From NCBI RefSeq assembly GCF_006345805.1, contig NC_043004.1, positions 2,294,001 to 2,358,000 on the forward strand: 64,000 nt of DNA, written 5' to 3'. Each line of letters begins with the position of its first letter. The first letter of the stretch is position 1. The position numbers and the translations under genes were made by a program. Positions 25,620 through 39,442 of the stretch are shown piece after piece. Source of the DNA: Octopus sinensis (Eukaryota). The notes beneath the pieces were generated by a model. It ran no database searches, was not told the DNA's origin, and was given only the letters and a program-made list of their open reading frames with translations.

Positions 25620-26285
25620 CACTTATAATGTAGATAAATATGGAATATCTTTTTCTATGCAGTTGATGTACGTAAAAAGCATATAATGAATGTTCTTGTG
25701 TTCTAAACTTTTCTCTCAGAGCTAGACATTCTCTCCGTCTATGTATACATACATATATATATATATTTATATGTATACATATATATACATACACACACAC
25801 ACATATATATATGTATGTATATGTATATATATATGCCTGTTCTTTGTCATTCTGTCTATCACTCAATGTGCATTTATGCATAAGCCACACGTATATATAC
25901 ATATAAATTTACACACACACACATATATATTTATGTCCATACACACACACACACACACATATATATATATGTATGTATGTATATGTATATGCGTATGTAT
26001 GTATGCACATATATATGTGTGCGCGCGCACATATGCATGCCTAAATATTATCGTTAACAATACAAGAACATTTAAATATTCCTTATAATTATGCACATTT
26101 TATTTGATCATAATAGAAAAAAATATCTTTTAATAGAAAATTCAGTCGGCGTTTGTGTAATACGAAATGTATTTCTTCGGATAATAATAAAAATAACCAT
26201 ATTTCATAATAATAATAATAATGATAATAATAATAATAATAATAATAATAGTAATAGTAATAGTAATAATAATAATATAATAATA

Positions 26286-26321
<36 letters not shown>

Positions 26322-26600
26322 ATTAGAAAATATTAGAAGAGTTCCCTTGAGAAAGAAATTTTTTTTTTTTTTGCATTTCGAATTTAAGAAATTTCAATGT
26401 CCCCATCATTGTTTTATTAAGAACGAACAAAGCAATAATTACTGGAGACGAAGAAAATATTTTTATATGTATAAATAATAAATAATGGTAGAATGAAATA
26501 ACTTACCGAAATATAGGAAGCATACAAACGCACTGAGGCACAAGGCACACGCGCACACACTCGCACCAACACACACCTAGCTAGATGCATATGGCTATAT

Positions 26601-26642
<42 letters not shown>

Positions 26643-26950
26643 TATCTATCTATGTATCTCACACATTCTCTCTCTCTCCCTATCTCTTTATATATGTGTG
26701 TATATACATACATATATATATATATAAAAACACATATATATACATATATATATATGTGTGTGTGTGTGTAAATATGTATATACGCGCACACACGTACACA
26801 CACACGCACACATACACGCACACACATATACATATATAAATGCATATGCATTTTATAGCCGTTTATAGATATATGTGTGTAGCATGTGCGTATAAGTGTG
26901 TATTTATGTGTGTGTGTGTGTGTGTGCGTGCGTGTGTGTATTTGTGTGTG

Positions 26951-26988
<38 letters not shown>

Positions 26989-27611
26989 TGTGTGTCTGTG
27001 AGTGTGTAAAAATGAAGAGGTAAACAAATTTACTGAACCAATCATAGAAAATTAAGACAATACTGCGAAGAGATAATCAGTGAAGAGTGAAAGCTGTATT
27101 TTTATTTCCAAGGGAAATAAAAACTCACTTTCTCCTGCAAGTCGAAATTTTACGTGTATTTATTTCATTATTTCAAATAATTTTTACATCTCGCATTATT
27201 TGCGACGAGATAGCAGCAGCAACAGTGAGCAAGTCTAATGTCAAGCTACTGAAATGCTCGGTTGTATGCGAAGCCTTTTCTTTTTATTGCCACTGTAATC
27301 GAATGTAAATTGGGCGATTCTCGGTGAAAAGAACAGCTCTTGTGGATTTGTAGAGAAATTTCTGAAATTTGAATTCTACTTAAAATATTTTTGAAACGTG
27401 TCAGTTTATTGTAATTCAAGACATTCTGGGTTTTAATTTAGGATAAAATTAAATGTACGCACACATAGATAGATATTTATATGCTTTATGTAAATATATA
27501 TGTGTATGTATAATGTGTGTATATATATGTATGTATATAAATGTCTATCTATAAATCGTACACACACACCACCCATACATATTTATATATATATATATAT
27601 ATATGTATATT

Positions 27612-28101
27612 TTTATTCTTTTACTTATTTCAGTCATTTCACCTTGGCCATGCTGGAGCACTGCCTTTACTCGAACACATCGACCCCAGGATTTATTCGT
27701 TGTAAGCCTAGTACCTCTATCAGTCCATTTTGCCGAACCGCTAAGTTACGGGAACGTAAACCCACCAACATTAGTTGTCCAGCGATGGTGAGGGGACAAA
27801 CACAAACACACAAACACACAAACACACTCACTCACACACACACACACGCACACACACACATACACACACACACGCACACACACACAAATATATATGTATA
27901 TATATATACACACATACATTCATACACACATACATATATATACGATGAGCTTCTTTTACTCTCCGTCTGCCAAATCCACACACAAGTGTTTAATCGGCCT
28001 GAGGATATTGTGCAAGGCACTTACGCCATGAGCCACACAGTGGGAATGAACCCGGAACCATGTGGTTGGGAAGCAAGCTTCTTACCACACAGCCACGCCT
28101 G
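27612..28101 (-). mobile_element. SINE family B, near full length
   Basis: Same head, body and tail as the 1781 copy; internal (CA)n. Confidence 0.88.
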
Positions 28102-28413
28102 CTCTATTGGCCACAGTGAATCAAATACCTAAAATGGTAAAGCATCAAGTTCGGCTCGAAGAAATAACAAACGTGGACAAAACAACAAAATGAGAATAAT
28201 ATGTACGTGCATACCGAAGTCCAAACGGGTTAGAATTCCAGTTGCTCGTCCGAACACACTCCCCCGACTGGATATACTACGATTCTCAAGGCTGTGCCTC
28301 GGAACACTCTGTGCACGTATTGTACTTCGCTTAACAGGATCCAGATCCATGTTAATTGCAGTTTCCGATAAGGTCAATAATCAGTAAATAACAACGGAAA
28401 GGTATTGCTTCAC

Positions 28414-28497
28414 TCACTACAGCTGTTTCAAATCATTTTTTTTTATTGATGAATAGAGTTATTACATCATGCGAAAAAACCCGTTTTCTTCAGGTGA
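28414..28497 (-). ncRNA. Type I hammerhead ribozyme motif (Penelope-like/retrozyme type), intact core
   Basis: Minus strand: UCAC-CUGAAGA-[AU-rich stem II]-GAAA-CAGCUG-UA-GUGA; stem I UCAC/GUGA, palindromic stem III. Confidence 0.75.
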
Positions 28498-28582
28498 TTA
28501 TAAACGTATTCAACATCTTTACAAAAAAAAAACAACACTGCAAGAATCAAAGTTATGTGCTATTTAATGATTCATGGCTTGG

Positions 28583-28965
28583 TGTAGGTGAGGCTGTCTT
28601 GTAAGAAACCAGCTTCCTGATCACATGAAACCACGTTCAGTTCTACTCAATGGAACCTTGAGCAAGTGATTTCTATTCTATCCTCTAATTAGCCAAAGAC
28701 TTGTGAACAGATTTGGTAGAGAGAAACTGAATAGGGTCCCTCGTATATGTGTGTGTGTTTGTGTGTGTGCGTGTGTGTGTGTGAGTGTGTGTGTGTGTAT
28801 CATGCACCTGTGTTTAATTTCCACCACTGCTTGACAACCGGTGTTGGTGTATTTACGTCCTAGTAACTGAGAAGTTCGTCAAAGAAGCTCGAATAATAAT
28901 TTAGTTCTTGGGTCGATCGATTTACGTTCTTCAAGAAGGTATTGCAGGTTGGACGCAGACTAATG
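28583..28965 (+). mobile_element. Degenerate SINE family B
   Basis: accttgagcaagtgatttct..gatttggtagagagaaactgaa..(TG)n..ttgacaaccggtgttggtg. Confidence 0.75.
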
Positions 28966-28988
28966 GTTATACACAAACACACACTGCC

Positions 28989-29318
28989 GAGACCCCCTTC
29001 GGTCATGACTGACCATGGGATTGCACCTAGAAAGTTACCCTCCTTGGCACAAGTCCGGGCAAGGTTGTTTATGGAAGACCAGCAGTCGCCCATGCATACC
29101 GGCCTCCCCTCTCTACGCCACCAGTGTATCCAAGGGAAAGGCAAAAGCCGATACAGCTTGGCACCTGTGACATCGCAACTCATTTCTACAGGTGAGTGAA
29201 CTGGAGTAACGTGAAATAAAATCTCTTGCTCAAGAACACAACACGCAGCCCGGTCCGGGATTCGAAATCACAACCTCACGATCGTAAGCTCGACGCTCTA
29301 ACCACTGAACCATGCGCC
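28989..29318 (-). mobile_element. tRNA(Arg)-like-headed SINE, full length
   Basis: Minus head ggcgcatggttcagtggttagagcgtcgagcttacgatcgtgaggttgtgatttcgaatcccgg (A and B boxes, ACG-like loop), then ~250 bp body. Confidence 0.85.
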
Positions 29319-29323
29319 ATCAC

Positions 29324-29366
<43 letters not shown>

Positions 29367-29627
29367 TGAAGGTTTTTATTTATGGGCGATCAGAGTGTGA
29401 CCCCTGATTTCGCACCTACACAGCACTTAGCCGCATATAAGATTCGGCAGACTGAAATCGCTGGAGGCACATATCCTCCCTGTCACTGAATGGAGAAACA
29501 CGTCATGGTCAGGTAATTTTTTGAACACAAAAACATTCCGAACACAACTCTACTGGCAAAGCCTTGGGCAAGGTGGAGTTATCTCCCATAATTCAATACC
29601 AGTTATCAGTTCTCTGTACGGCGGGCC

Positions 29628-30177
29628 GCGAAATTTTTTTCCCATGAGAGTTCCGGACCTCGTTTATGAACTCATTTGTACACAGCCAATCAAAGCTCAA
29701 TTATCAGTCTAATTTATGAGCGCATAACAGGTGATGGGCGATAAGATAAGGTCACATGGGTAAGGAATGACCATGCTTTTTTTTTGTTCTTTAATAATGC
29801 TTCTTGTTCTTGTTCTTGATCCAACCATGGCTGCCTCTGCGTAGTTATTTGTGTTGTTGTTTACTTTGTATAACACTAAAGGGAGAGGTTTGCTAACACG
29901 TCACCCTCCACCCACATTTTCTCCATCCACATATACCATATGGGGCCCTAACAAAATCCAATAATAGATATAGATGCAAGTCTCTCTAATCTACTTGTCT
30001 CCTTCTAAAATCAGGCATAACTTGGCGATCGGTCGACTTACAACACAGTTTCTTCGTCTTGAGTTTACTTTAGTGTGTTTGTTAACTTCACAACAAGGTA
30101 AGCTGAGCTCTGATTGGCTGTATGCAAATGAGTTCATTACTGGGACTCCGGAACTCTCGTGGGAAAAAGAATTTCGC
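29628..30177. mobile_element. Mutator-like (MULE) non-autonomous element/MITE
   Basis: ~72-bp imperfect TIRs starting gcgaaat / ending atttcgc; exact 9-bp TSD cggcgggcc at 29619-29627 and 30178-30186. Confidence 0.85.
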
Positions 30178-30817
30178 CGGCGGGCCAACCAAAAATGTCT
30201 GAAGCTGACAGCACTTTCCTAGTCGGTAAATGGTAAATCTGGTCCCTTCAAATAAAGCACTTAAAGAAAAGTCTTCGAGAATGGAAATAGATTTAATTCA
30301 ATGTCGTTATTCCTACAAAACATGTATTCTGTTTCGCCTTGCAAAAGGACTGTATTGAAAACAACAATGCAATTTTCTTTCTTATTTGTAGCCAAATTTA
30401 TTCTTACTTTATTCAGTAAATAAATGAATGATTTACTGGATAAAAAAGAGCCTACCACCTGCTGAGATTCAGTCATTCGTTTCTTTTCATTTAGTAGTGT
30501 AACATTTGTTTTCTGCGACATAAGGAGCACAGTCTTCATTTTAGGGGACAGTTGATTTGCTCTGAATTTTTTTTTGTATGCTGTAAACAGTAAACAAAGC
30601 CCTCTACATAAGCATTTGATTTGTTAAAAATAGCGGTTAAAACTCCCTCTCGTTATATCCTATTATCTTCAAACAGAAAGTGTAAGAATATATTTCCAGG
30701 TTAACTGCATCTAATATTTTTTTCTGTAGTTTGATCTCAGAGCTGCGGCCATGCTGATGCACCGCCGTTAATGCAAATTATTTAATAATTTTGGGGTCAG
30801 AAAGTTGTTTGAACTAT

Positions 30818-31018
30818 TAGTTTCAACTTTTGGCGCAAGGCCAGCAATTTTGTAGGATGGATAAGACCCCAGTGTTCAACAAGTATTATTTTTTATCGAC
30901 CCCGAATGACGAAAGACAATCTCAGCCGCGGCGGAATTTTAACTGAGAACTTATAGACGGACGAAACGCCGCAATGGATATTGCCCGGCGTGGTAACCAT
31001 TCTACCAGCCCTCCACCT
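30818..31018 (-). mobile_element. SINE family A (older copy)
   Basis: tttatcgaccccgaa..gcggaattttaactgagaac..gcccggcgtggtaac. Confidence 0.75.
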
Positions 31019-31343
31019 TCAGTTATTTGATATATTATAAGCTGCATCGAAGCACCACCACAAGCTTTTTTATTCCTTTAGGTTAACATTGTTGCTGAAG
31101 TTTTACATTTATCACCCGTTTGGAGGGGAAATATTGCGAATTCATCTTGAATCCGACTGGTTTACACTCATGACTCGAAATATTTTCATGAGTCAAGAGC
31201 AGGCAATGGCAAACTATCACAACACTTTACTTTTATGAATCATTAGATAAAGGCAAGGTGTTCGATACTGTCACAACGATATGTTATACCATGCAGACTG
31301 AGTATCACCAACAGACAGTTATGCGTACCGCATTCCACTGGTT

Positions 31344-31394
<51 letters not shown>

Positions 31395-31470
31395 ATATAT
31401 ATAATATATTTAATTATATAGCGTGTTGAATCTTGTGAGTGGATTCCTCATGTGTTTAAATATACACTGT

Positions 31471-31532
<62 letters not shown>

Positions 31533-32436
31533 TGCGTTACATAAATATCTTCAGGATTAAATAAAAAGACAACAAATGGAAAATATGACCTCCCCATATT
31601 TAATTTTTAAAAAAAACCTGTAATAAATAAACAAACGAGCATATACTAAATACACAGATAGACAGAAAACCACTTATATATTATTGTATCGTTTCAGTAT
31701 CCCATTATTTTGGGACATAGTGTGCCACAACTGCATTAGTAAATTTACAATATTTGAGGTCTGATTTCTGGGAAATGTGGCTACTTAGCTTAACATGATG
31801 AGCGGCCGTGTGTAGGCTAATTGTGTGGTTCGTTAACTTTAAGTTCTATATCTGAGATGAATTTGGTTGGCATAGGTAAACCCTCTCCAGGATAGATTTA
31901 TAGTATGATACTAATATTTACAGCCTCGATGTGTAAAAGATAACTGAATGCTTCTAGGAGAGCTTAACCATTTGAGTTGAGAGAGTCTTGAGCAAAGACA
32001 TCACAGTAATCTCAGCGCTTTTCGTCCTGTAGTAGTCAATACGACAAAATGGAAACATCAGACGTTGCTGGACTAAAGCGTTTGTAACTTCTAACATCTA
32101 TTTACGCTTTCATTTGGAAGTTTTTCTAAAGTCAACGTTCCATTCTTCCTTCTGATAAAAATTATTATAAATAGCAGTAAGAACACAGTTTCATTCAATA
32201 GACAATACCGTTAGTCAACAGTTTGCGGAATTGTGCTAATACGAAAGGGTACTTGTTAATGGGATCGGCATTTCACATGACTTGATTTCCTGAAATATTT
32301 TATTACGCCTTTTCGCTCTCTGGGTTCAAATCCCATCGAGATAATTCCTGTTTATTTACTGTTGGGTTGACAATTAATTTAAGTATCACTTGTATATATA
32401 TGTGTGTGTGAGTGCGTGAATTTATGCTTATATCTA

Positions 32437-32479
<43 letters not shown>

Positions 32480-33496
32480 TATGTATATGGACTAATTTAA
32501 CCGACTCTGCTAAAAAAATGTTTTGTGCCCTAATTATGAAAATATTAGTGATTAATCCAATGTATTGTGTGGCAGAATAGATTGATTGCTGGAATAAATA
32601 TTTAGTTCCCAATGGTTACATCCCTTCATGTTATAAATTCCGTTGTCTATAAAATTTTCCGCTTCCTGTAAAATAAATATTAAGTATGCAAGGGGGTCGA
32701 TTCCATAAGCGGCGGCTCTCCTTAGAATTTTGTAGTTATATTCTGATATTAGAAATCAGAGATATTGATGAATCTTCTTAAACCAAAAGTGAAATCCATC
32801 ACATAGGTTAAGTTAAGCTGTGAATCCTCCTCTACGTGTAATCGAACAAGAACTCTAGAATTACAATCAGAATAGTTTTGATAGAACGTGAGAAGAATAT
32901 TTAATTGAACAAGTCATGTTCTATTAGTGTCCTTAATTCTTTTATCATAAAAGGGCGAAAGGTTGTTTACTCAGAGGTCAACATCTCAAACAACATTAAT
33001 TTTGATATTAGGGGATGTGACACGGTCTATATGTATGTATCGTTATAAATTGTTATAGATGTTCACGTATTTTGGCACATCACAACATATATGTGTGTAT
33101 GAGAGGGAGAGAGAGAGAGAGAGAGGAGAACGAGTGTGTATGTGTGTCTGTATCAGTGTAAACATATATACATACATACACATACACACACACACACATA
33201 TATATATATATGAACAAGCACATCATATGTACATATATGCATATAACTATGTATTTGTCTCTGTGTATTATATGTGTGTGTGTATACACATATATATGGA
33301 TATATATATATCCATATATATATCTGCATATGTATGTATAAATATATATACATATGCATATGTATATATATATATATGTGTGTGTGTATATATGTGTTAT
33401 ATACATACATACATCTGCCAATACCACACTAACACGCACATACACTCGCACGCATATATATATATGCATATATGTATACACACATATCTAAATATC

Positions 33497-33547
<51 letters not shown>

Positions 33548-34134
33548 TCACAGATGTGTGTGTGTAAGGATATAGGCAAAGGCACTATACACATAGATAT
33601 AAATACAAAGGCTGAAACAATAGTTAATCTCCTCCTGTACATTCATTAACACACTTAGTTGATGCATACATTAACACAGTTTTCCCACCCCAACCCCGCT
33701 AACTATTGTTGCCAAAGTACACAGAGTACCGATAGTTCATACATTCCATTCAAAGAGTGGGATATATTTTCCTTACTTTCAGACGATTCTCCTCAAACAT
33801 TACCTGATATTCAGCTCATCTCATTGTTCTGAGTCTGTTCATTCACAACAGTTTAATAAATGCGCCATCTTTCTACAGTTGTGCCACAGCTTATAGCTGC
33901 CGCGGAGAAGCTGTGTGGAAAGATGACACGAGCCTTCGAGAATGAGATCTTTTAGTAATCACTGTGTATGGAGAAATGTTTTTATCCTGATAATAAACGG
34001 CAAACTCTGGAGAGGTTATGCAGTCGTCTGTTGCCTTGAAATATTTCAAAGTTTAGGTGTTGGTAGAACACAAACGTAAGCACATTTCTTCTATGGTGTG
34101 TTGCGCGAGAAATTGAGTGACAGAATCTTGTTGA

Positions 34135-34679
34135 TGGATGTTTCATAGATACTTACCGCTCCTCAAAGATGATGTAGTCAGCTGCTTTATAAACTAGTCA
34201 TAAACCAGACGAGTATTGACTGGCTAACTCGATTTGCATATATGTGCATTTGGCGACTCATTGTTATTCAACCAGATATGTTTTATGCACAAAACAACGT
34301 GGATTAAATGAATAGCAATTTTCAGCAAGTCTACGTGTGTTTATTTCGAAATTAAAAAGATAGGAATCGACCAACTAGGTTTTTCTTTCTGGATTATACA
34401 GATTAGCCTGAAGGTTTCTGATATTCACCACGCAAAATGGCAAATTTCCTTCACACTGTGTTTTGGCATTGCATAACAGATGACTAATCGATATGTAGTT
34501 ATTTACAGATGTGAATGTGCGAGTATTTTCAGTCTAAATTAGTCATACCTGAGACAAGTCTTTCATGCCACAAGTAGCGGAGCACGTGCTAGCCTTATAT
34601 ACAAAACAACCAGAAGTAGGAACCTCACCAACATGTTCCATCTGCTTTGATTCCATAACCAAAGGAGTTTGATAAAAGG

Positions 34680-34748
<69 letters not shown>

Positions 34749-35451
34749 GTTGCTATTAACAAATCGAACGCAATAGAAAAAAATCAGTTTCAGTGGAATA
34801 GATGTCCTTAATTCCCTCCGCTTAATTCTGTTACCTGATCTGAGAGACAGAGCTCTACGATCTACACACGCGCAAGGGCGCGCACACAAGCATGCTAGAG
34901 ATGGTGTGTCTGAAAATCCTCAACAGATCAAGGGTGATCAGTGTTGCTGTCGGATTCCACACCATAAGTGTAGACCCACTTGCCAGAATTTATCTCTCCA
35001 ATAATTCCAAGGAAGTGCTTATGCAGATTTACATACCAAACTAGAATACACAAAATGATATATTTGAAAGCCATGTGATTTATCAAACTTCCTACTGTTG
35101 TGTTTGAGACTTTCGAATAGGCTTGTTCTTGCTCTAGGTGTGCAGCACAAACGACACAACATGCGATGATGTACACCACTGGACATTTTCTGTTGCAAGG
35201 CAGTTATTTATCCTAAACCATGGATGTTTCATAATTACTTACCGCTCCTCAAAGATGATGTAGTCAGCTGTTTATTAAGTAGCAATAAACCAGGCCAGTA
35301 TTTAATGGCTTACTTTATCTGCATATATGTGCCTTTGGCAACTCATTGTTATTTAACCAGATATGTTTTAGGAACAAAATAGCGTGGATTAAATTATTAG
35401 AAATCTTCACCAAATCTACGTCTGTTTATTTCAATATTAAAAAGATAGGAA
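34135..35451. repeat. Diverged ~230-bp direct duplication (34135-34366 and 35221-35451)
   Basis: Both start tggatgtttcata and end ttaaaaagataggaa; 35-bp core identical. Confidence 0.9.
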
Positions 35452-35690
35452 ATAGCCTCTTCAGAATCAGCGCCAACTGCCCGAACAAGGATTACTGGAA
35501 AAAATTCACCAACAATTCACAGCCGGGAAAGTTCACTGTGAGGATATTGCACCGAGAATATATATACATAGTATCTCACCATTAATAGTTAAAAACTATT
35601 TTATTGCAAAAAGACGGTGAATTTACCTGACATGCCGAACAAGTTATACGCGCGAGCTCAAAATACACACCTTTTATATAGATACGTGTA

Positions 35691-35752
<62 letters not shown>

Positions 35753-35886
35753 ATTTAGAGACAAAACCTCTGTTTAACAATTCAATCAATACTGAACGAT
35801 ATCATCTTTTCAAAACCATATAGAAAGTAATAAAATATATTATAAATATTATTCTAAAAGTCACAAAACAAAAATAAACATTTATC

Positions 35887-35979
35887 GACTACGCGCGTTT
35901 CATGACCAAATATTTAAATTGATAATATTAAAAGTTAATACTAATTAGATTTTAAAAATATATAGCCACTCGTGAGGTC
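35887..35979 (-). ncRNA. Type I hammerhead motif (G5 mutated) in a Penelope-like fragment ~35755-36130
   Basis: Minus strand: GAC-CUCACGA-GUGGCUA..UGGUCAU-GAAA-CGCGCG-UA-GUC. Confidence 0.7.
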
Positions 35980-36134
35980 AAAAAATATCATAAAATAAAT
36001 GAAGATATTATAATTAAACAATAAATATATAAATATATGTATCTTAATATTAAATAAACAAATAAAATTTAACAATATTAATGTAAAGTAAAAACATAAC
36101 TTATCTCAATGATGAAATAAGGGAATAATATATA

Positions 36135-36555
36135 TAGTGGAGGTTATAGAGCCAGCATTGCTCAAACAACCTGAGCACTAGTTTCAAGGTTCATCCAAGG
36201 CTAGTACCACGGGACATATGTCCCCTGCTCAATTCAGGATCACACCATATAGGTACACTGCGACATAATTTCTTTTCCTCAACAGGCCCTGTTCTATTTA
36301 ACATTGTCCCGAAAGAGATCAAAGAGGAAAAGGAACCAATCAGCTTTAAACGGGTTCTGGACTGATTTCTTCAAGGAATACCGGATAAGCCACTCATACC
36401 TGGATACAACTCACTCAACAAAACTCACTACTTGAATGGATCATAAACAAAACATGACTTAAACAGAATTTAGATAAACCTATCAGATGGTGTTATTAAG
36501 TTAGACATGGCCTGGACCAACCGTTGGTCGAAACACATCTAAGTTTATCTAAGTC
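36135..36555 (+). mobile_element. CR1/L2-like LINE 3' end, same family as 11590-12600
   Basis: HIGTLRHNFFSSTGPVLFNIVPKEIKEEKEPISFKRVLD; tail catggcctgg shared. Confidence 0.85.
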
Positions 36556-36618
36556 TCGCCATGATAGATCGTTAGCCACTACACACATTTTTTTCTCTCT
36601 TTGTTTCTTTCTGTGTCC

Positions 36619-36654
36619 CTTTCTGTAGAAGAGCGTAGGCTCGAAACGTAAAAG
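36619..36654 (+). ncRNA. Minimal type I hammerhead motif (core CUGUAGA variant) in a Penelope-like fragment ~36556-36745
   Basis: CUUU-CUGUAGA-A-GAGC(GUAG)GCUC-GAAA-CG-UA-AAAG. Confidence 0.7.
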
Positions 36655-36964
36655 ACTTTTTCTATTCCTGAGCGTTATACTAATACATCTGTTTGTTTTG
36701 CACACCACCTGTCTTCGTCTTTTGTTTTTTTCGTAAACTCTCCCCATATATATATATATATTATATATATATGTATGTATATATATATATATATATATAT
36801 ATACATACATATGTACATACATACATATATATATATACATGTGTATGTATACTCTTTTACTCTTTTACTTGTTTCAGCCATCCGGCTGAGGCCATGCTGG
36901 GGCACCGCCCTTGTATGTATATATACTATGTATGTATATATATATATATATACCCCTATGTATG

Positions 36965-36997
<33 letters not shown>

Positions 36998-37137
36998 TAT
37001 ATATATATATATACATACATATGTACATACATACATATATATATATACATGTGTATGTATGTATATATATATATATATATGTATGTATATATATATATAT
37101 ACCCCTATGTATGTATATATATATACATATATGTATG

Positions 37138-37192
<55 letters not shown>

Positions 37193-37309
37193 TATATATA
37201 CATATATGCATACATACATATATACATACACATATACATATATACATACGAAATACATATTATATATAATGTATTATATATACATTACGCACAATCTTAC
37301 CAATCAATT

Positions 37310-37375
37310 TGGCCCTGAGGTTTCAAACGTATGTTAGATAACGGCCTTGCTATGTAACCCTTCGCTCATCAGAGT
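37310..37375 (-). ncRNA. Degenerate hammerhead-like motif
   Basis: Minus strand CUGAUGA-GCG..CGU-UU-GAAA-CCUCAGG; stem I not recoverable. Confidence 0.4.
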
Positions 37376-37759
37376 GAGATTCAGTTAACCTCTTTATAGA
37401 AATCAATCCACATAGTTTCACAACTGTATTAAAGCTCTGATATGTTCTCCAGGCGATTTGTACAAAAATTATTTACCGCAATTAGTTTAGAGAATGATAA
37501 AAATTAAAGGACCGCGACATTATTTGTGTTACTAAGTTGAATAAAATAAGTTCATGTATATGTATCTAGTAAACATATATTCTACCGCTCCGTCTAAGTA
37601 AATCATCAGCGGGTAACCACAAGACTTGCTCTGCAAGACAAACCCAAATGTATTGAAATGTAGAAAGTAAAAATAAGGCCTATTGCTAGTTCGGTTCTTT
37701 GTGAAGCTGTGAACTACTGACTCGCTCTATATGACGAACACGTGGTTGACACTCTCGCT

Positions 37760-37965
<206 letters not shown>

Positions 37966-39179
37966 TGTTATTGTTGTTTTTGTTGTAGTCAGTCGGAACC
38001 AGTCGAGTTGTTCTCAGGTTTCTCCAGCAGAGAAGGCAGAGGCAATATTTTTTAACAAGGACTATTCACACAATGAATCAAAAAATATACATTTTTATTA
38101 GATATGTATATGTGAATTTATTCCTATTTCCTTAATAAGAATTATCGCAGGTTATGGAGATCATTTAGAATTAAACGAAGGAGAGAAATTTTTGCGTAGT
38201 AAGAAGAATCCTTTAGTTACAGGAAGAATGAAACACAACAATCCTATAACAGATGAAATCTAAATGTTACATGACTTTATTTATTTGGCTAAATGTAAAA
38301 TATTCGTCAAACAGCTTCCTAATGTTTTTGATGTACGCGAACTTAAGAGTGACTCGCTTTTGTTTTCTATGCATTTCTTCATGTTCTTGTTTGTTATTCA
38401 AACATTCCAAACGTTGTAACTTTTAATAACTGCCATTCTTTTCAGTATTAAATTTCTTAAACATATTAATAAAAATCACATTGAAATTCTACTCCTTGTT
38501 TTCTTGTTTTCCCTCCAATTATTTTACTGTTTCGGCTATTCTAATATTTCACTCTTTGAATCCCATTTCTCATCAGCCAACGAAAAAGACAGGAAGAAAA
38601 TCTGTGAAAATTATTTTGCAAGGAATATAATTCCGTATATCAGTGAGATGAGAAAAATCGTTTTCATAATCAGTAAAGACAGCTCATTTATTTTTTTAAA
38701 TTGAATTTTAATGAATATCTCCTTCTGATGAAAGATACGATCTGCGTTTTGTTCAATTTACTGTTCTAAGTGATAAAGAATGGGGAAATAGTTGTCTTTT
38801 TAAAATCACTTTCACAACGTTTTGATGTTAAAACACATGTACGTAGGAGCTACTGCGAAATGAAAAATCAAAGAATATTATGTTGAAGGAAGAAAACCCT
38901 AACTCAAATAATTAAAGAATAACGTCATTTTCTTGGGGTGAGACATATGATAATTTTCCCTTAGGAACGGAGCTTCGACACGGAGCCATGGAATGAGAAA
39001 GGTCTTAAACCGCGCCTTCTAGCGTCGAGTCATGAAGCTTTTATCCTAAGTCTACAACATTTGGCAAATCTCTCGAGATGCAACACACAGTGTAATGGTG
39101 CGGGTAGGCGTTCGGCGTTAACTGGACAATTGAACGATAAATACAGGACAACTGACAAGTGCATGACTTATTCACTTAC

Positions 39180-39257
39180 TAAATCCTCCAGGAATGATAA
39201 CGATTGGCTGTAGTAATAATTGTAGAGACTTACAAACAAGGGAAAGCTGAGAAAACG
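39180..39257 (-). CDS. Candidate 78-nt internal exon of an unidentified host gene
   Basis: Minus strand: polypyrimidine tttgtttttttcgttgtcattgcag acceptor and TTA|gtaagt donor; open in phase 0 (RFLSFPLFVSLYNYYYSQSLSFLEDL) and phase 1. Confidence 0.4.
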
Positions 39258-39317
39258 CTGCAATGACAACGAAAAAAACAAACAAACAATTATCACCAAC
39301 AACAACTGCAACAACGC

Positions 39318-39353
<36 letters not shown>

Positions 39354-39369
39354 TAATAATAATAATAAT

Positions 39370-39442
<73 letters not shown>

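Noticed and set aside
26495-26560. Minus-strand donor g|gtaagt at ~26507
   Set aside because: No acceptor or open frame support; lone donors are common by chance
27500-28132. 210-aa ORF
   Set aside because: Antisense read-through of SINE family B
29245-29318. tRNA gene (likewise 60890-60962)
   Set aside because: No proper acceptor stem or poly-T terminator; continues into a SINE body
36745-37250. Higher-order duplication within TA/TACA low-complexity tract (also 40740-40930)
   Set aside because: Explained by slippage or assembly error; no independent signal
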